In this document: positions 12,423 through 25,764 of the stretch, piece by piece
Layout: every line of letters starts with the position of its first letter
Position numbering within the stretch: the first letter of the stretch is position 1
Assembly: GCF_009834535.1 (NCBI RefSeq)
Contig: NC_045698.1
Span: 7,380,001 to 7,444,000 of the forward strand
DNA: 64,000 nt
Reading direction: 5' to 3'
DNA from: Camelus ferus
Lineage: Eukaryota
Position numbers and translations under genes: made by a program
The notes under the pieces: model-generated
Databases searched by the model: none
What the model saw: only the letters and a program-made list of their open reading frames with translations
What the model was told of the DNA's origin: nothing

Positions 12423-12879
12423 TGTGGGGTGAAGAATGACCCCCAGAGAGATCAGCTTTAAACCCTGGAAACTGTAAACGTGACTCTGACTGTATAAAGC
12501 TGTCTTTGCAGATGCAATTAAATTAAGGATCTTGAGGGGGGAAGATTAGCCTAGATTATCCAGGTGGGCCCTACATGCCATCACATGCATTTTTAGAAGA
12601 GGAAAGTAGAGGGAGGTTTGACGTGGAGGAGGAAAAGGTGATGTGACCACAGAGGCAGAGATCAGAATGATGCAGCCACAAACCAAGGAATGTGGGCTGC
12701 CTCCTGAAGCTGGAGGAGGCAAGGACAGGCTCTCTCTCAGAGACTTCAGATAGAGTTCCTCCCCCTGACACTTCATTTCAGACTTCTGGCTTCTCCAGAA
12801 TGGGGAGAGAATATATTTCTGTTGTTTTAAGCCACCCAGTTTGTGGTACTTGTTGCAGTGGCCACAGGAGGTGAATGCA
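12423..12879 (+). mobile_element. MaLR solo LTR, MLT1C/D-like
   Basis: ctttgcagatgcaattaaattaaggatcttgag...gattatccaggtgggccct...tgttttaagccacccagtttgtggtacttgttgcag. Confidence 0.92.
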
Positions 12880-13532
12880 CCCTCCCTGGGGCTGGTGAAG
12901 ACCCCCCTCCTCTCCATCACTGTCTCTCCCGAGCCGAGGCTCACCTTCATGCTTTTGGGTGTCCTGACCTGTTGACAACCGGGGTGTCCACATGGGGCAG
13001 CCAAGGCTCAAGGCGTGGAGAATGTTCAGGGGATGAGCTGCAGGTGGTCCAGGCAGCTGGAAGTGAAAAGACTGTGCAGGAAGCTGACCCCAGCCCCCAA
13101 AGAATGATATCTGTGCCGGGAAGATGGCTTGACTCCCTCTGGCTCCCACTCAGCCTCTGGCCAGACTGAGCACACCCGTCCTTCCCTCCCTAACCCCCTC
13201 CACCCCACTCGCCTAGACCCTAACCTCCTCCATGGTGTGGCCTCAGCCCACTGCACCCCCATGATTCCCATGCAGTCCGCGATGGGCAGGGCCATGGGTG
13301 TCCCTCCCCCTCTGGGGTCTTTATTAGGATTTAAACCAGCTGCTCCATGGCCTTACAGCCTTTCCTTCTGATTCTCAAGAGCTTGGTGTGTGAATTAAAA
13401 ACCCTACCTGTTCTTGCCTTTGGGATTCCAATGGCTAATGGAAGGCAACAGAAGTAAAAACAGGACCCAATGGGAAGATCGGGTGAATGAGTCTAATTAA
13501 CACCATCCCAGAAGCAACTGTGACAAAGGTGG

Positions 13533-13989
13533 TATTATGGGGTGAGTTGTATCTCCCCCCAAAAGAATATGTTGAAGTCTTAACCTCCAGTACCTCAAAA
13601 CATGACCTTATTTGGAATTTGGGTCGTTGCAGATGCAAGCAGCTGAGCGACGGTGCTACTGAAGTCAGGTGAGCCCTCATTCAGCATGACTGGTGTCCTT
13701 TATAAGGAGACGGCCATGTGAAGACAGAGACACAGGGAGAACACCATGTGACGTTGGAAACAGAGGTCACAGTGATGCAGCTGTAGGCCAGGAAATGCCA
13801 AAGGCAGCTGGTCAACCACCAGAAGCCAGGAGGAGGCAAGGAAGGGTTCTAACTGGATCTCAGGGGGAGCACACCCTGCCAACACCTGGATCTCGGACTC
13901 CCAGCCTCCAGGACTGTGACGGCGCCTTTCTGTTGTTTAAGCCCCCATTCTGTGGTACTTTGTCATGGCGGCCAGAGGAGAGGAACACA
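13533..13989 (+). mobile_element. MaLR solo LTR, MLT1B-like
   Basis: atatgttgaagtcttaacctccagtacctca...catgactggtgtcctttataag...ggccatgtgaagacagagacacagggaga. Confidence 0.9.
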
Positions 13990-14180
13990 GCTGTGTCTGG
14001 TCCCTTCTTCTGCCTGGCCCTCTGCCACCTGCCGTGGCCCGGCCCCCCGGTGGTGACCCTATTTTCCTCCTCGACACCAGCAACACCCTCCCTGTCCTGT
14101 GTCTGAAACTGGAAATGGGGTGAAGGTAAAATTTGACAAAGGGAACGTGATGAGGAAACTGCTTTTTTGACAGAACCACT

Positions 14181-15237
14181 GTTTTTTGGTGATGCTTTTG
14201 ATTTTATTATTTTATTTTATTGAGGTACAGTGGATTTACGATCTTACAGTTTCAGGTGTATGACATAGTGATTCACAATTTTTAAAGGTTATGCTCCATT
14301 TATAGTTATCATAAAATACTGGCCTTTTCCCTGTGCTGTGCAATATATCCTTGTAGCTTATTTAGTTTATACATAATAGTTTGTACTTCTTAATCCCCTT
14401 CCCCTTCCTGCCCCTCCCCCCTTTCCTCTCCCCAGTGGTAACCACTAGTTTGTTCTCTATATCTGTGAGTCAGTTTCTTGTTATATTCACTAGTTTTACT
14501 TTTTAGAGTCCACATATAAGTGATATCATACAGTATTTGTCTTTCTCTGTCTGATTTATGTCACTAAGCATAATACCCTCCAGGTCCATCCACGTTGCTG
14601 TAAATGGCAAAATTTCATCCTTTTTTATGGCTGAGTAGTATTCCATTGTACATGTATACCACATCTTTACCCATTCATCTACTGGTGGACATTTAGGATT
14701 CTTCCATATCTTGGTTATTGTAAATAATGCTGCTATAAACACTGGGGTGCATGTATCTTCTGAAATTAGTGTTTTTGGTTTTTTTAGATAAATACCCAAG
14801 AGTGGAATTGCTGGTTCATACGGTAGTTCTGTTTTTAGTTTTTTGAGGACCCTCCATACTGTTTTCCACAGTGGCTGCACCAATTTACATTCCCACCTAC
14901 AGTGTACAAGGGTTCCCTTTCTCCACATCCTCACCAGCATTTGCTATTTGTGGTCTTTTTGATGATGGCCATTCTGACAGGTGTGAGGTGACACCTCATT
15001 GCGGTTTTGATTTGCATTTCTCTGAGGACTGGTGATGTTGAGCATCTTTTCATGTGCCTGGTGGCCATCTGTATATCTCCTTTGGGAGAAATGTCTATTC
15101 AGTTCTTCTGCTCATTTTTTAATTAGGTTGATTTTTTTTTTTTTTTTGGTGTTGAGTTGTATGAGCTGTTTATGTATGCTGAATATTAACTCCTTACTGG
15201 TCATATCATTTGCTTATATTTTCTCCTATCCAGTAGG
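14181..15237 (-). mobile_element. 5'-truncated LINE-1 with 15-bp TSD
   Basis: TSD tttgacagaaccact at 14166-14180 and 15238-15252; degenerate poly-T tail on the left; cetartiodactyl-type 3'UTR. Confidence 0.95.
14503..14940 (-). pseudogene. LINE-1 ORF2p C-terminal remnant
   Basis: [36 protein letters not shown]...MEYYSAIKKDEILPFTATWMDLEGIMLS is the conserved L1 ORF2p C-terminus. Confidence 0.93.
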
Positions 15238-16189
15238 TTTGACAGAACCACTTTTGAGACGCTCCAGGCTTTTCCCAATGCTGCTGCCTTACGTAAATCT
15301 GTCTTGGGACTTTCCTAAGGAGTTGCCTTTAGACCCACATGACAATGCACACAAAGAAACCAAGAATGTCACATTGTGGCCACAGTTTGGATTTGCTTCC
15401 TAAAATGGAACTGAGTTTGGTCACCACCTCAATCACTTGACTTGATTCTGATGAATTTTTTACCATTTCCAAAAATCAACTCCAGGCTGGAAAGGTGGAG
15501 GCTGACCTTTAAGAAAACATTTAAAAAGTGGTCACGTTCCCCTGGCGGCTCACGTCAGGGCCCCCACTTCACTGGTCAGCTTTGTGACACAGCAGCTTGT
15601 GGCTCAAACACAGAGGAAACAGCATTTCCTCTGGGGTAACGCCTCTGTCTTATTTTATGATCTCGCCACGAGGCTGAAAGTAGCCTATCCCGAGAGAGGC
15701 CAGGGAAGTTTCATTCCCTGGGATGGGCTAAATTCTCAATTATTCTTCCAACAGGAATGATCCAAAATTCCCCGCTGAGCCTCTCCCTCACTGTGTTTCT
15801 GGAGGCCCCTCACCTCCAGGTGTCCTGTTATCTGATCTTTTTCACCAAAGAGTCAGAGAAAAATGCACCTTGTGTCTGTCCTATTTTTATATCTTACTAA
15901 TCCCTCTTTCTGCTCCTTTCTTTCCTACCTTTTCATGTTTTGTTTGGTTTGGTGCCTGAATTAAATGTAATAGGAGAGGGACATTTTACACACTACCCGC
16001 AGTCATAATTATCAGAGAAATAAACGGTCTTTACTGAGATCATCAAATGGTGGGAAGAAGACATTTGGACAGCAGCCAAGCACAAGTTCCTAGAACTTCT
16101 CGCATTAAGTCGCTGTGGGGGTCCTGGGCTCTGCCCTTGTGCTCTCCAGACCTCACCTCCCATCAGCCAATAAAGGCTTCGGGTTGGAG

Positions 16190-16345
16190 CAGAGAGTCTC
16201 AAACTTGAATATGCACTTGACTCGCCTGGGCCTGGTTAAAATGCATCCAGCTTTGTAGGTCCTGGGCAGGACCTGAGGTTCTGGAAGTCTGATCAGCTCC
16301 CAGGTGACGAATGTCCAAGGATGTTTGTACCTTTTGGGAAGTACT
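16190..16345. mobile_element. MER5A-like fossil
   Basis: tctcaaacttgaatatgcac...ggttaaaatgca...gctcccaggtga. Confidence 0.65.
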
Positions 16346-16477
16346 TCCTGTTTCCTTTCCAGTTTCCAAGTCTCTGCAAGTGGGAAACATGGCTTAATAT
16401 TGATAAGGACAAGCCTGGGGCACTAATGATCTGATTTCCAGCTGCAGAAAAAAACATATCGTCATATAATGATGACA

Positions 16478-16766
16478 CAGGTGTCTAGTCCCTTATCCAC
16501 AATTCTGAAATCCAAAAAGCCTGAGAAAGACACTTTTTGGTGAGTTTGGAGACAAAACCCATATCTGGCAGCAAAACTGATCTGAACCAGTGCAGGGCAG
16601 TGTATCCCCCGTGGTGTGAGTAGCAACACCGTGTTTATTGTAAGGCACGACCTCAGGCTGCTGGGGGTGGTGCATGATATTCAGGATGTGCCCCATCTGC
16701 CTAAGGCCCCCCCAGATTGAATGCCCAAACCCAAAGAATGCTGTTGGATGAGGAATTGTGCAAGTT
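16478..16766 (+). mobile_element. MER46C-like Tigger fossil
   Basis: caggtgtctagtcccttatccacaattctgaaatccaaaaagc...tggcagcaaaactgatctgaac...ggatgaggaattgtg. Confidence 0.7.
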
Positions 16767-16869
16767 TACCAGCAGACAGTGACTGAGCACCGTGCTCAGT
16801 GCTTTATGTATCCTAGCTCATCCAATCCTCACCATCTACAAAATGGAGACCTTTCTTTTCACCTTTGGC

Positions 16870-17880
16870 AAACTATTTTAAAATTAAAGTATAACGTATG
16901 CCCAGAAAAGCCCACACGTCAAGCACACAGCTGGGAGAATGATTACCAAGTGAGCAATGCCTGTGAGCACCGCTCAGCTCCACCCATCACCTGCCCCCCA
17001 GAGGCCCTCACTCCCCACCCCAGTCACAGCCCCCCAAAGGGGACCGCTATCTGTCCATCACCAAAGAATTTTTTGCCTGAGTTAAAAAAATGCTGACATT
17101 TATTGAGCAATTACTATGAGCCAGGAGCAATACTTACACTATTCTGCATACTGATTCTATCGGACTGGGAGTAACTCTTATAATTTCATTTTACAAGTGA
17201 AAAGAAATCGAGCTTAGAGATGTTTGGCCCTAAATCACTGTGCTCGTACTTAATAGGACAGGGTACATTTTTCTTAATTAAACCTTCCAATGAGCACAAT
17301 ATACCTATAAAACAAGTGCACGTCTCAGAAAAAGTGCATTTCTTGTAAATCCAGCTCAGTGAATTTCACAAACTGACCACATTAGCAACCAGCACTGAGA
17401 TGGAGAAACAACATTATCAACAGCAGAGGAACAGCTCCCCTAGTCCCATGGGCCACTGGTTACCCGCCCAAGGGTAACCGCCTGCCTGACCCTGACATTC
17501 TCATCTGGTTTTGAAATGCAAGTAAACAGAATGAAACTCTGTTCTCTTTGGTGTCTGACTTTTCCGGCTGACATGACAGTCGCTAGGTCCATCTGTATTG
17601 CTATGTGAGGCTGGCGTGTGCTCCTTTCCACTGCCTCGTGAAATTCCTCCGAGGGGCCCACCAGCATTTAGCCACCAGCCCCCCCCCGCTGGTGGGACCT
17701 GGGACAGTCACCGGTCTTGGCAATTAGCAACAGCGCTGCTCTGTAAATCCCAGCACCTGCGTTCGGTGAACACACACACATTCCTCTTCAGCGTGTGTCT
17801 TGGAGTGAATTTAGGGATCAGAGAGTCTCTATTTGGCTTTGTAAAAAATTTTGAACAGTTTTCCAAAATGGTACCAAGTG
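16870..17880 (-). repeat. Cluster of old L1M 3'-end fragments with an intervening MIR (about 17090-17260)
   Basis: aaattaaagtataac...cacacagct; cagctcagtgaatttcacaaactgacc; acatttattgagcaattactatgagccagg (MIR tail). Confidence 0.65.
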
Positions 17881-17980
17881 ATGCTTTAAACCCCTACGTT
17901 ACCGTTTCGGAGGTTACACCCACTGAAAGCAAACCTGATACAATAAGGTACAGGTTTTAACAAAAATAATTGAAATGGAG

Positions 17981-18378
17981 TGTTTTGGGTTGAATTATGT
18001 TCCCGGCCACCCTGAGGATTCATATGTTGAAATCCTAACCCCTAGAACCCCAGAATGTGACAATGTCAGTAGGGTCATTGCAGACGTGGTTAGTTAACCT
18101 AAGTTCATACCGGATACAGTGGGCCTTAATAAGTACGACTGGTGCCCTTGGACAAAGTGGAAACGTGGACACAGACGCGCAGACAGGGAGAGCGCCACAC
18201 GAAGGTTGGGCTGACACGCCCACAAGCCAAAGAAGGCCAGAGATGGCCAGTAAAGCCCCGAAGCCAGAGGGGAAGGTGGACCACACTCTCGCCCATGCCC
18301 TCGGAAGGAATCAACCCTGCTGGCCCCAGCCACTCAGTTAATGGTGCTTTGTCACTGCCGCCCCAGCAAACTAGTACG
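17981..18378 (+). mobile_element. MaLR solo LTR, MLT1A/B-like, with perfect 5-bp TSD
   Basis: TSD tggag at 17976-17980 and 18379-18383; attcatatgttgaaatcctaacccc, gactggtgccctt, ggaatcaaccctgc. Confidence 0.92.
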
Positions 18379-19034
18379 TGGAGTGATTATTCAATTTGAG
18401 AAAGAATGCTGGCTTGCTAAGGAATGCTCATCACAGCATCCTGGAGGTAGCCTGATTAGCCATTGTGCTCGCAGTACACTTTGCCTTTGATTCAGGAAGC
18501 CATGGAATGCATAATTTGTTATTTTTCTGAATAACTGAAGTGAAGTTAAAATGTGACTAGGATGATAATAAAGGGGGGTGATTCTGGTCAGCAAACCTCG
18601 ATATACGTGGCCCGGGCTGATAAGTGGGCGTCCACCCACTGGGTCAGGTTCTAGGAATGGCAGGTGGGCGTGCCTGGCCTTTCAAGGTGTTTATCTTCCA
18701 GGCCGCCGCCTCCCTGTCACCGCGCAGCACAGACTACCTGCGGAGGGTGGGACAAACCACGTTCAAGGGCAGTTAGGCCTCGACTGGTAGCCTGAAGAAC
18801 CGTGTTTTCTGCTGGTGGAGAGCTTGGCTGCCCAGAAGCCTCCGGGCATCCGACCCCAAGGGGACTTCTCCGGAAGGTTGAGAGGAGGCGGGGTCTCCCC
18901 TGGAGTCTGCGCTCACATCCTCCAGCTGGAAGCATAGACTGAGGATGCTGTCTGTCTTCGTAGGAGCACACGGCCCAGCACCGGGCTAAAAATAGAGCAT
19001 TTTCTTAAAATTACACGAAGCTTTGATTACAGAC

Positions 19035-19473
19035 CGTGTTAGCTTCCCCTGGGCTGCCGCAACAGTGCCACAGGCTGGGGGCCTTAAAACAGCAGAATTT
19101 GATTCTGGCAGAGTTCTGGAGGCGAGAAGCCGCAAACTGACAGAGCCACGTTCCCTTCGAAGGCTCTCGGGAAGGCGCCTCCCTTCCCTCTTCGAACTCT
19201 GGGGGCGCCAGCGGTCCTTCGTGTTCTTGATTTAAGCCACATCACTCCAATCTCTGCCTCTGTTTTTACAAGGCCTCCTCTTGCGTCTGTGTCTCTATGT
19301 CCAGATTTTTCTCTTTTCATGAGGACAGTCATTTTAGAGTCAGGTCTCACCCTCCTCCAGGATGACCTCATCTCAGCTTAATTCCATCTGCAAAAACCGT
19401 ATTTCCTAATAATATCCTGCTCAAGGTTCTGGGTAGGCATGGATTTGGGGGAGACACCATTCAACCCTGTACG
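19035..19473 (-). mobile_element. MaLR solo LTR, MLT1C-like
   Basis: gggctgccgcaacagtgccacaggctggg...ttaaaacagcagaattt...ccaggatgacctcatctc...ggagacaccattcaaccc. Confidence 0.9.
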
Positions 19474-20759
19474 TTGCAAAGCAAATTTTCTGCTCAATAA
19501 AATTTGGTATATTTAAGAATCTCTTGCTCCACTGCCTTGAACTTGGATAGTTTTGAAATTCCAAGAACATCTGTGTATTGGAGTGATGGCTTTACATTAG
19601 TGGCTTTACATGGTGTAAGTTGATTTCTAACTCATGCGAAGCTCAGAATGAGTGACCCTGGTGAGCAGAGGGTGTCCGCCTGAGCAGGCTGTGGGGATCC
19701 AAGTTCCTTCCCCGTCCACATAGGGTTCCAAGGTCCCTGTGTTTATCTGCTTCAGGCCGCAGAGGGAGGGGCATGGGGGGCAGTTTTCCTGGGCCAGGCC
19801 TGGGCGTGTTGCCCACCCCGTCCATGCACATCCTGTGGGCACAGGCCGCACTGAGGAGCACAGGAAGCACAGGAAGGGCGGCGCGGCCGTGAGCCGGGAG
19901 GGAGGGGCAGGGCTGGCAGAGACAACAGCTGGACGGGCAATTCAAGACGGCGCCCGGGGGCCAGCTCCTCCCGAGTGGAGCTTTCCTTTAGCATCTTCCC
20001 TCGTTCTTCTCTCCACCTTGCTAAGCCCTGGATAGTCTCTATTAAGAGGTTCAAGTCTCCCTAGCCTTTAGTACCAGCCCCTTTGACACCAAGATGCAAA
20101 CAGCAAAGGATCATCTCCTGTGTAAAGGGGGCTCCGAATGGATAAAAGCCTAAAGGAACGTGTTCTTGGATGTTGCCCAAGTGAATCCAGGTGGCCCAGG
20201 CCGGCAGGCACACGTGGGCCTGGAGATGAGCTTCACGTTCCTGCAGGTGCCCACCGGGAGCGCCAGGACCCTGCATCTCGGGACTGGGGTCTGGCGGGGA
20301 GAGGCCGGTGCTGAGAGAGCCGGGGCCCAGGTAACCCAGAGGGAGCACTCAGGACCTCACCTGGCAGAGGTGCTTTGGTTAAACTCTCTCTCAGTTGCCC
20401 CACTGGTGGTTTTCAAACAGCCACGCGAGGCTGAGTTGAAGCCAGCTTTTAAACACGAAACAAAGCAGAACCGAATAGAAAAATACTCGGTGGGCTGCTC
20501 TGAACACAGAATGAGAAAGCATCACTTCAGGAAACTTTCATACATATCTGTTCCGGGTTGTGATGTAAAACAGTCCTTACCAAGGGTTGCAATCAAAACT
20601 ATTTGCAAGCCCCAGGTCTGTGTAGGAGAATTTGAAAGGAGGTGATGAAAACACACCAGGGAGGTGATAACCACTGTCTAGGTTGCAGAAACGCTTTTGC
20701 AGCCTGGCAGGAGGGATGTGGGATGTGGAGGAGGAGCCTGGCCTGGTTCGAACTGTGGC

Positions 20760-21100
20760 CGGACCCTTCCCCCAGGAGGGATTCACCAGGATTGCTTCAT
20801 TTCCATGAGCCTCCATTTTCTCATCTGTAAAATGGGCTAAATAACCATCTGGATGCGGAGGGGGGTGGTAAGTGAAACGACTACTCACATTTATTGAGCA
20901 CTTTCCAACCCTTGTTCTGAGCATCTTATGTGCATAACATCCGCCCTTCTTTACAATAGCCCTGTGACTAAGGACAGGCACCATGAGGTTTACTTGTACA
21001 GACAAGGACACTGAGGCACAGAGACCAACTAACTTCCCCAAGTGAGTTGCCGTACACGAAAACGCCTGCTACAGTGCTTGGCACAATGTTAGGAACACGT
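20760..21100. repeat. Two MIR SINEs in opposite orientation (minus copy about 20880-21040 inside a plus copy)
   Basis: Plus core gagcctccattttctcatctgtaaaatggg; minus copy catttattgagcac...actgaggcacagaga; plus tail acagtgcttggcaca. Confidence 0.65.
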
Positions 21101-22832
21101 TCCAATTTCCTTACTGTTAATTTTGTTTTAAATGCTTTAAAAGATCCTTAAATAGAGGGAGATGGACAAGCTCGTGGAAGGCAGTGTGAGATGCTGGCCA
21201 GAAACTTCCAGAAAGTGGAGGTGCGAGGTTAGACCCCGTGGGAGGGCCTCTGAAACAACGGCTGCCAGGGCAGGAGGGCTGGGTCCCTGCCGCCCCGTGG
21301 GGAAGCTGACTTTTCAGCATCAGAAGGACCAGGGGGAGAACTGGGAGGAGGGGCCCTCCCCTCTGGCCCTTAGAAGACTCAGCAGTGGCCCCTAGAAGGA
21401 AGGTAATGATGCCAGTAAGTGGTTTATTGCAGATTGTTAAACCTTACAGACCCAGGAACTCCCAGCCCTACTCCCTACCCATCACCTGAAATCAGCACTG
21501 CCTCTAAGAAAAATCTTGCAATCCAAATGCAGCTTCAGAGGGCCCTGCCTCCCCGCCGCCACCACCTGCAGGGGACAGGAGAGTTGAGTCCCTCCATGGG
21601 CATTAGATAAGTAATTAGCCCAAACTGCAAGACTCAATTACGTCTTTGTTTTTCAGAAACTGTAAACAGAGAGTGAACAGAGGGTTGCATCACACTGCCC
21701 CAGGGGCACCGAGACATTTGCTCTGAAAACAAAAACAGGGTCATATTAAGTCAGAGTGGAAGTGCTTCATCCACGATTCTGGAAGGAACCTCACCCAGTG
21801 AGATGTTTCCACTCCAAGCGGCCTCTCCTTGGCCTGTTCCAACATTGACTTGTTCCAAATCGTCTTTCTATATCCTCTTTATTACATAAAGTACTTCATG
21901 CCTGTTTCAACATAGCTGTTTTTATGGAACCCATGACTTGGTTTGGTTTCATCAATAAAACACAATCATTTACCCTTTGCACAGTGCCCAGCACACTACT
22001 GGGCATGAAATGAATGTGGGATAAAAAGGTCACTTTAATGATATACATAAAATATAATAATGAAAATAATAAGATCGGAGCTACCTTGTTGGAGAACTTT
22101 CTTCTGTCTCCCGTCACGCTGGTGGAGACACCCCAGTGGGTACGCCTGTCTTGAGAGGGCTGCCTCCCCAGTTGACCTGGAAATGGTATCGCTGTGAAAA
22201 TTACAGTCTGGTCCTCAGGGCAGGTGGAGGCAGAGGCTCGGGTCTGGGGAGGAGAAATCAAAGAGCCCCCCGTGTGCACCTGGAGCCCGCATCCCAGAAG
22301 AGGGGTGCTCCGAGGTGCTGGGCCTGAGGCCCCGCGTCCTCTCCCCATCCCGACTCGAGCAGGTGTACTCCCAGCATGGGTGCCCGGATGGACTGGCTGC
22401 AGAGGCCCAAAGGCACCAGACCTCATGGGCGGTTTAGGGGCCTGGGCTCCCCAGAATGTGGGGTGGCAGTGGGCACTCTCGTCTCTGAGGGGAGCACGCA
22501 GGCTCCACGGGGCAGATCAGAGGGGTCCAGGCTGGTGAAGACTGCAGGGACACAAGGTCTCCCTGACTGCTCACTGGGGTGACACCCCGTCCTGGCTGTG
22601 ACCATCAGCCTCCTCTACCCTCAGATGGGGCAGAGCCTGAGCAGAAGGAGCTCTTCCCGCCACCCTGAGTCCCTGGGTGACACAGTCCCTGTGCCTGGAC
22701 TGGGTGGCTCCCCACGTCCTCGGGAAGTGCTGCTCAAAGCCAGTGCCTTAGGCCCTCGGGGAGCGAGATAAGAACAGAGGACGAGGCTGCGGGGCCACGG
22801 GATACCTGAGGACTTTTCATCCATTTCAGAGC

Positions 22833-23219
22833 TGCATCAGCTCACTCGGGCCACTGTAACAGAATTCCACAGACCGGGGGGCTTAAACAGCAGATTTTTG
22901 TTTCTCACAGTCTGGAGACTGGATGTCCAAGATCAAGGTGTTGGCGGGGTGGTGTTCCCTGAGGCCTTCCTCTTTGACTTGCAGGCGGCCACCTTCTCTC
23001 TGTGTGTCCTCACATGGTCTTTCCTCTGCATGTGCCCCTCTGATGTCTCTTCTTCTTCTGATAAAGACACAAGTCAAGCTGGATTAGGGCCCCGCCCTTA
23101 TGATCTCACTTAACCGTAATGACCTTATGACCTGAAAGGCCCCACCTCCAGATGCGGTCACACTGGGGGCTGGGGCTTCCACACATGAATTTTGGAGACA
23201 CACACTTCAGTCCATAACA
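22833..23219 (-). mobile_element. MaLR solo LTR, MLT1A-like
   Basis: gcttaaacagcagattt...gtccaagatcaaggtgttggc...cacacttcagtccataaca; near-TSD agagc/agagg. Confidence 0.92.
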
Positions 23220-23628
23220 AGAGGAAAATAGCTTCCAAGTGGCTCATCAAGGCTGTGTTTTGGGTAGAATGTCTGAACTCTTGTTGCTTGCTACCCGGCG
23301 CATGAAGTGTTGTCACAATCCATTTAAATAAGGAGGCGCGGAAGGAACACATCTGTCACCAGGTGGAGCCTCAAGACAGCTTCACTCCCGGCACTGCCGC
23401 TTTACCAGATCAGCCCCCGCCTCGCCCTGGGCTGGCCAGAGCTCGCGGCTTGCGTGCCACGCCCGATGCCCCAGGGGCTCACCGCCATGCCCAGGTGTGG
23501 GCCATCCGCCCCGTCTTACCCCGTCTCTGACAGCACCCCCCAACCTTTCCCCTCCATTCTTTCATGTGGATAATTCTCATGTAAAGTGCTCTGCAAACTC
23601 AGTTTCTAACTTATTCTAAAGAGATCAC

Positions 23629-24232
23629 TGTGTTGGGGGGTGGTCCCCAAGTCCACCCTGAGGTTCAATATTCACCTAGAAGGACTCACAGAACTCAGAA
23701 GAGCTATCGTATTTATGCTTGTGGTTTATAGCAGCGAATTCAGATTAGAAATAGCAAAGGGAAAAGGCACATGGGACAGAATCCAGGAGCGAGCAGGACA
23801 AGCAAGCAGCCGTCCTCTCCCTGGGACTGGCAGACACAGCGCTTAATTCTCCCAGCAGTGCAGTGTGACAACTCACCAAGTGCTGTCAATCAGAGAACCT
23901 CACCCGAGCCTTAGGGTCTAGGGCTTTTGCTGGGCTCAGTCACAGGGCCATGCTGTGCTCCATGAGCAACCACAGCTACTCAAACCCCAGCCCTCCAGAA
24001 GTCAAAATGACATGGCGTAGCCCACAGCCTCAGGCATAAAATAACAGGTGCTCACTGCAAGTCCCATTGTTAACATAAATTATTTGGTGCGGCCCAGGGC
24101 CTCAGACGTGCAAAGGCACTGTTAGCAGGAAGGATGGTCCAAGGGCTCAGAGCTCATCTCCCAGGAGCCAACCAAGAACCATGTGTGGGGTTTGGGCAAG
24201 TTGAGTCTGCTGAGTTACTCCTTCATGGCACA
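23629..24232 (-). mobile_element. MER21-group (MER77-like) ERVL solo LTR
   Basis: tgtgttgggggg...ccccaagtccacc...ctagaaggactcacagaactcagaa...ctgctgagttactccttcatggcaca; about 600 bp, TG...CA. Confidence 0.8.
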
Positions 24233-24399
24233 ACCAGCCTGCCTAAATCCCTCTGGCTGGGAAGTTAAAGAGCTGCTACTGTCAGTGCCAGAGGTCATCA
24301 ACCTGATTCATTTTTGCCAGGATGCTTTAGGGGAAATTACATGTTTTTAGCCTACTTTTAACTTATTTGATTCAGTGAATCAGGACAGCTTGCTACAGG

Positions 24400-25370
24400 T
24401 TTCATTGCCATTCAGATTTCTTCTATAGTTTGCTTAGTCATTTAATTTGTTTATATACATGTTGGGTCATTTACATTTTCCCTGATTTATAGAAGCCTTT
24501 ATGCATTGTGCATATTAGCTTTTTTTTCACATGTTGAAAAGAGATATTTTTCTTTAAATTTTTTTTTTGGTGAACTCTACAGAAATATATAATTTTTATG
24601 TAGTTGGTTGGTCCATCTTTTCTTTCATAATTTTAGACATTAGTGGTAGGATGAAAGTCTTTCTTGTCTCCAAACTATACCCTCTCCATTATTTCTACTC
24701 ATGCTTTATTTTTAAACACTTAATTATTTGACCTTTTGGAATCTTTTATTGTATATAGTATTAATTTCCTAGGGCTCCTGTAATAAATTACCACAGACTA
24801 GGTGGCATAAAACAATTAAAAAATTTATTCTTTCACAGTTCTGGATGCTAGGAGTGTGAATCAAGGTGTTGGCAGGGCTGTGCTTTTTCTGAAGGCTCTC
24901 GGAGAGAATCTGTTCCATCCACCCTCCCAGCTTCTGACGTTGTGGGCAACCCTTGGCCTCCCATGGCTTCTCAACATATTGCTCCAGTCTTTGCCTCCAT
25001 CTTCCTGTAGCCGTCTTCCTGCATGTTTCTGTCTGTGTCTCTTCTCTTCTTACAAGGACATCAGACCCATTGGATTAGAGCTCACCCTAATGACCTCATC
25101 TTAACTTGATTCCATCTGCAAAGACCCTATTCCCAAATAAGGTCACATTTACAAGTTCCAGGGGTTAGGACTCAACATATGTTTTGAAACATAATTCAAA
25201 CCACAATTATGGTGTAATGTCAGGATCTAGCTTCATTTCTTTTCCCAATCTATTGAACAATACGTCCTTCCTCCATGAATCTATTTCAAGACTCTTTATT
25301 CAGCTCTAGCAATGTATTGGTCAATTTCTACTGAGGTCTTACAGTGCTTAACAAGGCATTCATGTATAAC
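24400..25370 (-). repeat. Old L1M ORF2 fragment interrupted by an MLT1 LTR
   Basis: L1 junction ttttattgtatat | tatggtgtaatgtcaggatctagcttcattt flanks the LTR. Confidence 0.55.
24757..25205 (-). mobile_element. MaLR solo LTR, MLT1B/C-like
   Basis: aaattaccacagactaggtggc...aatcaaggtgttggcagggctgtgc...tgacctcatcttaacttgattccatctgcaaagaccctattcccaaataaggtcacatt. Confidence 0.92.
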
Positions 25371-25764
25371 TACCCAGGATGAATAATTTTAATTGTAAAT
25401 TGGTTTAAGAAAGCAATTAACCGCCCATCGTTAGTATTATCAGTCTATCTTGGTCATTCAGTCTGCGATGGCAGGGCTTCCTGGGAGAACTTTCATTTCT
25501 TCCAGTGTTCACACCCTTGTTTGGCCTTGGACAGAAGCTGTAACTCCTGCTTTATAGCTGGTTATGTGACACACACACACAAAGTACCTTTTTTTGCCCT
25601 CTCTGAGCTACTATATTACCAATAGGATTTGAGTATAAACATCTATATTAATTTCAAAAAATCTCCACAGAGCATTCCTCCAATGCAGGAATGTATAAAT
25701 TCTGACACAACACTCCAGAGCTATAAGAAGCCATACCAATATGAGGGCTCAGTGGCCGAGAGAC

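Noticed and set aside
21642..21722. 81-nt minus-strand exon-like segment (ttttgttttcag...gtaatt)
   Set aside because: One open frame with no recognisable protein and a middling donor; typical pseudo-exon
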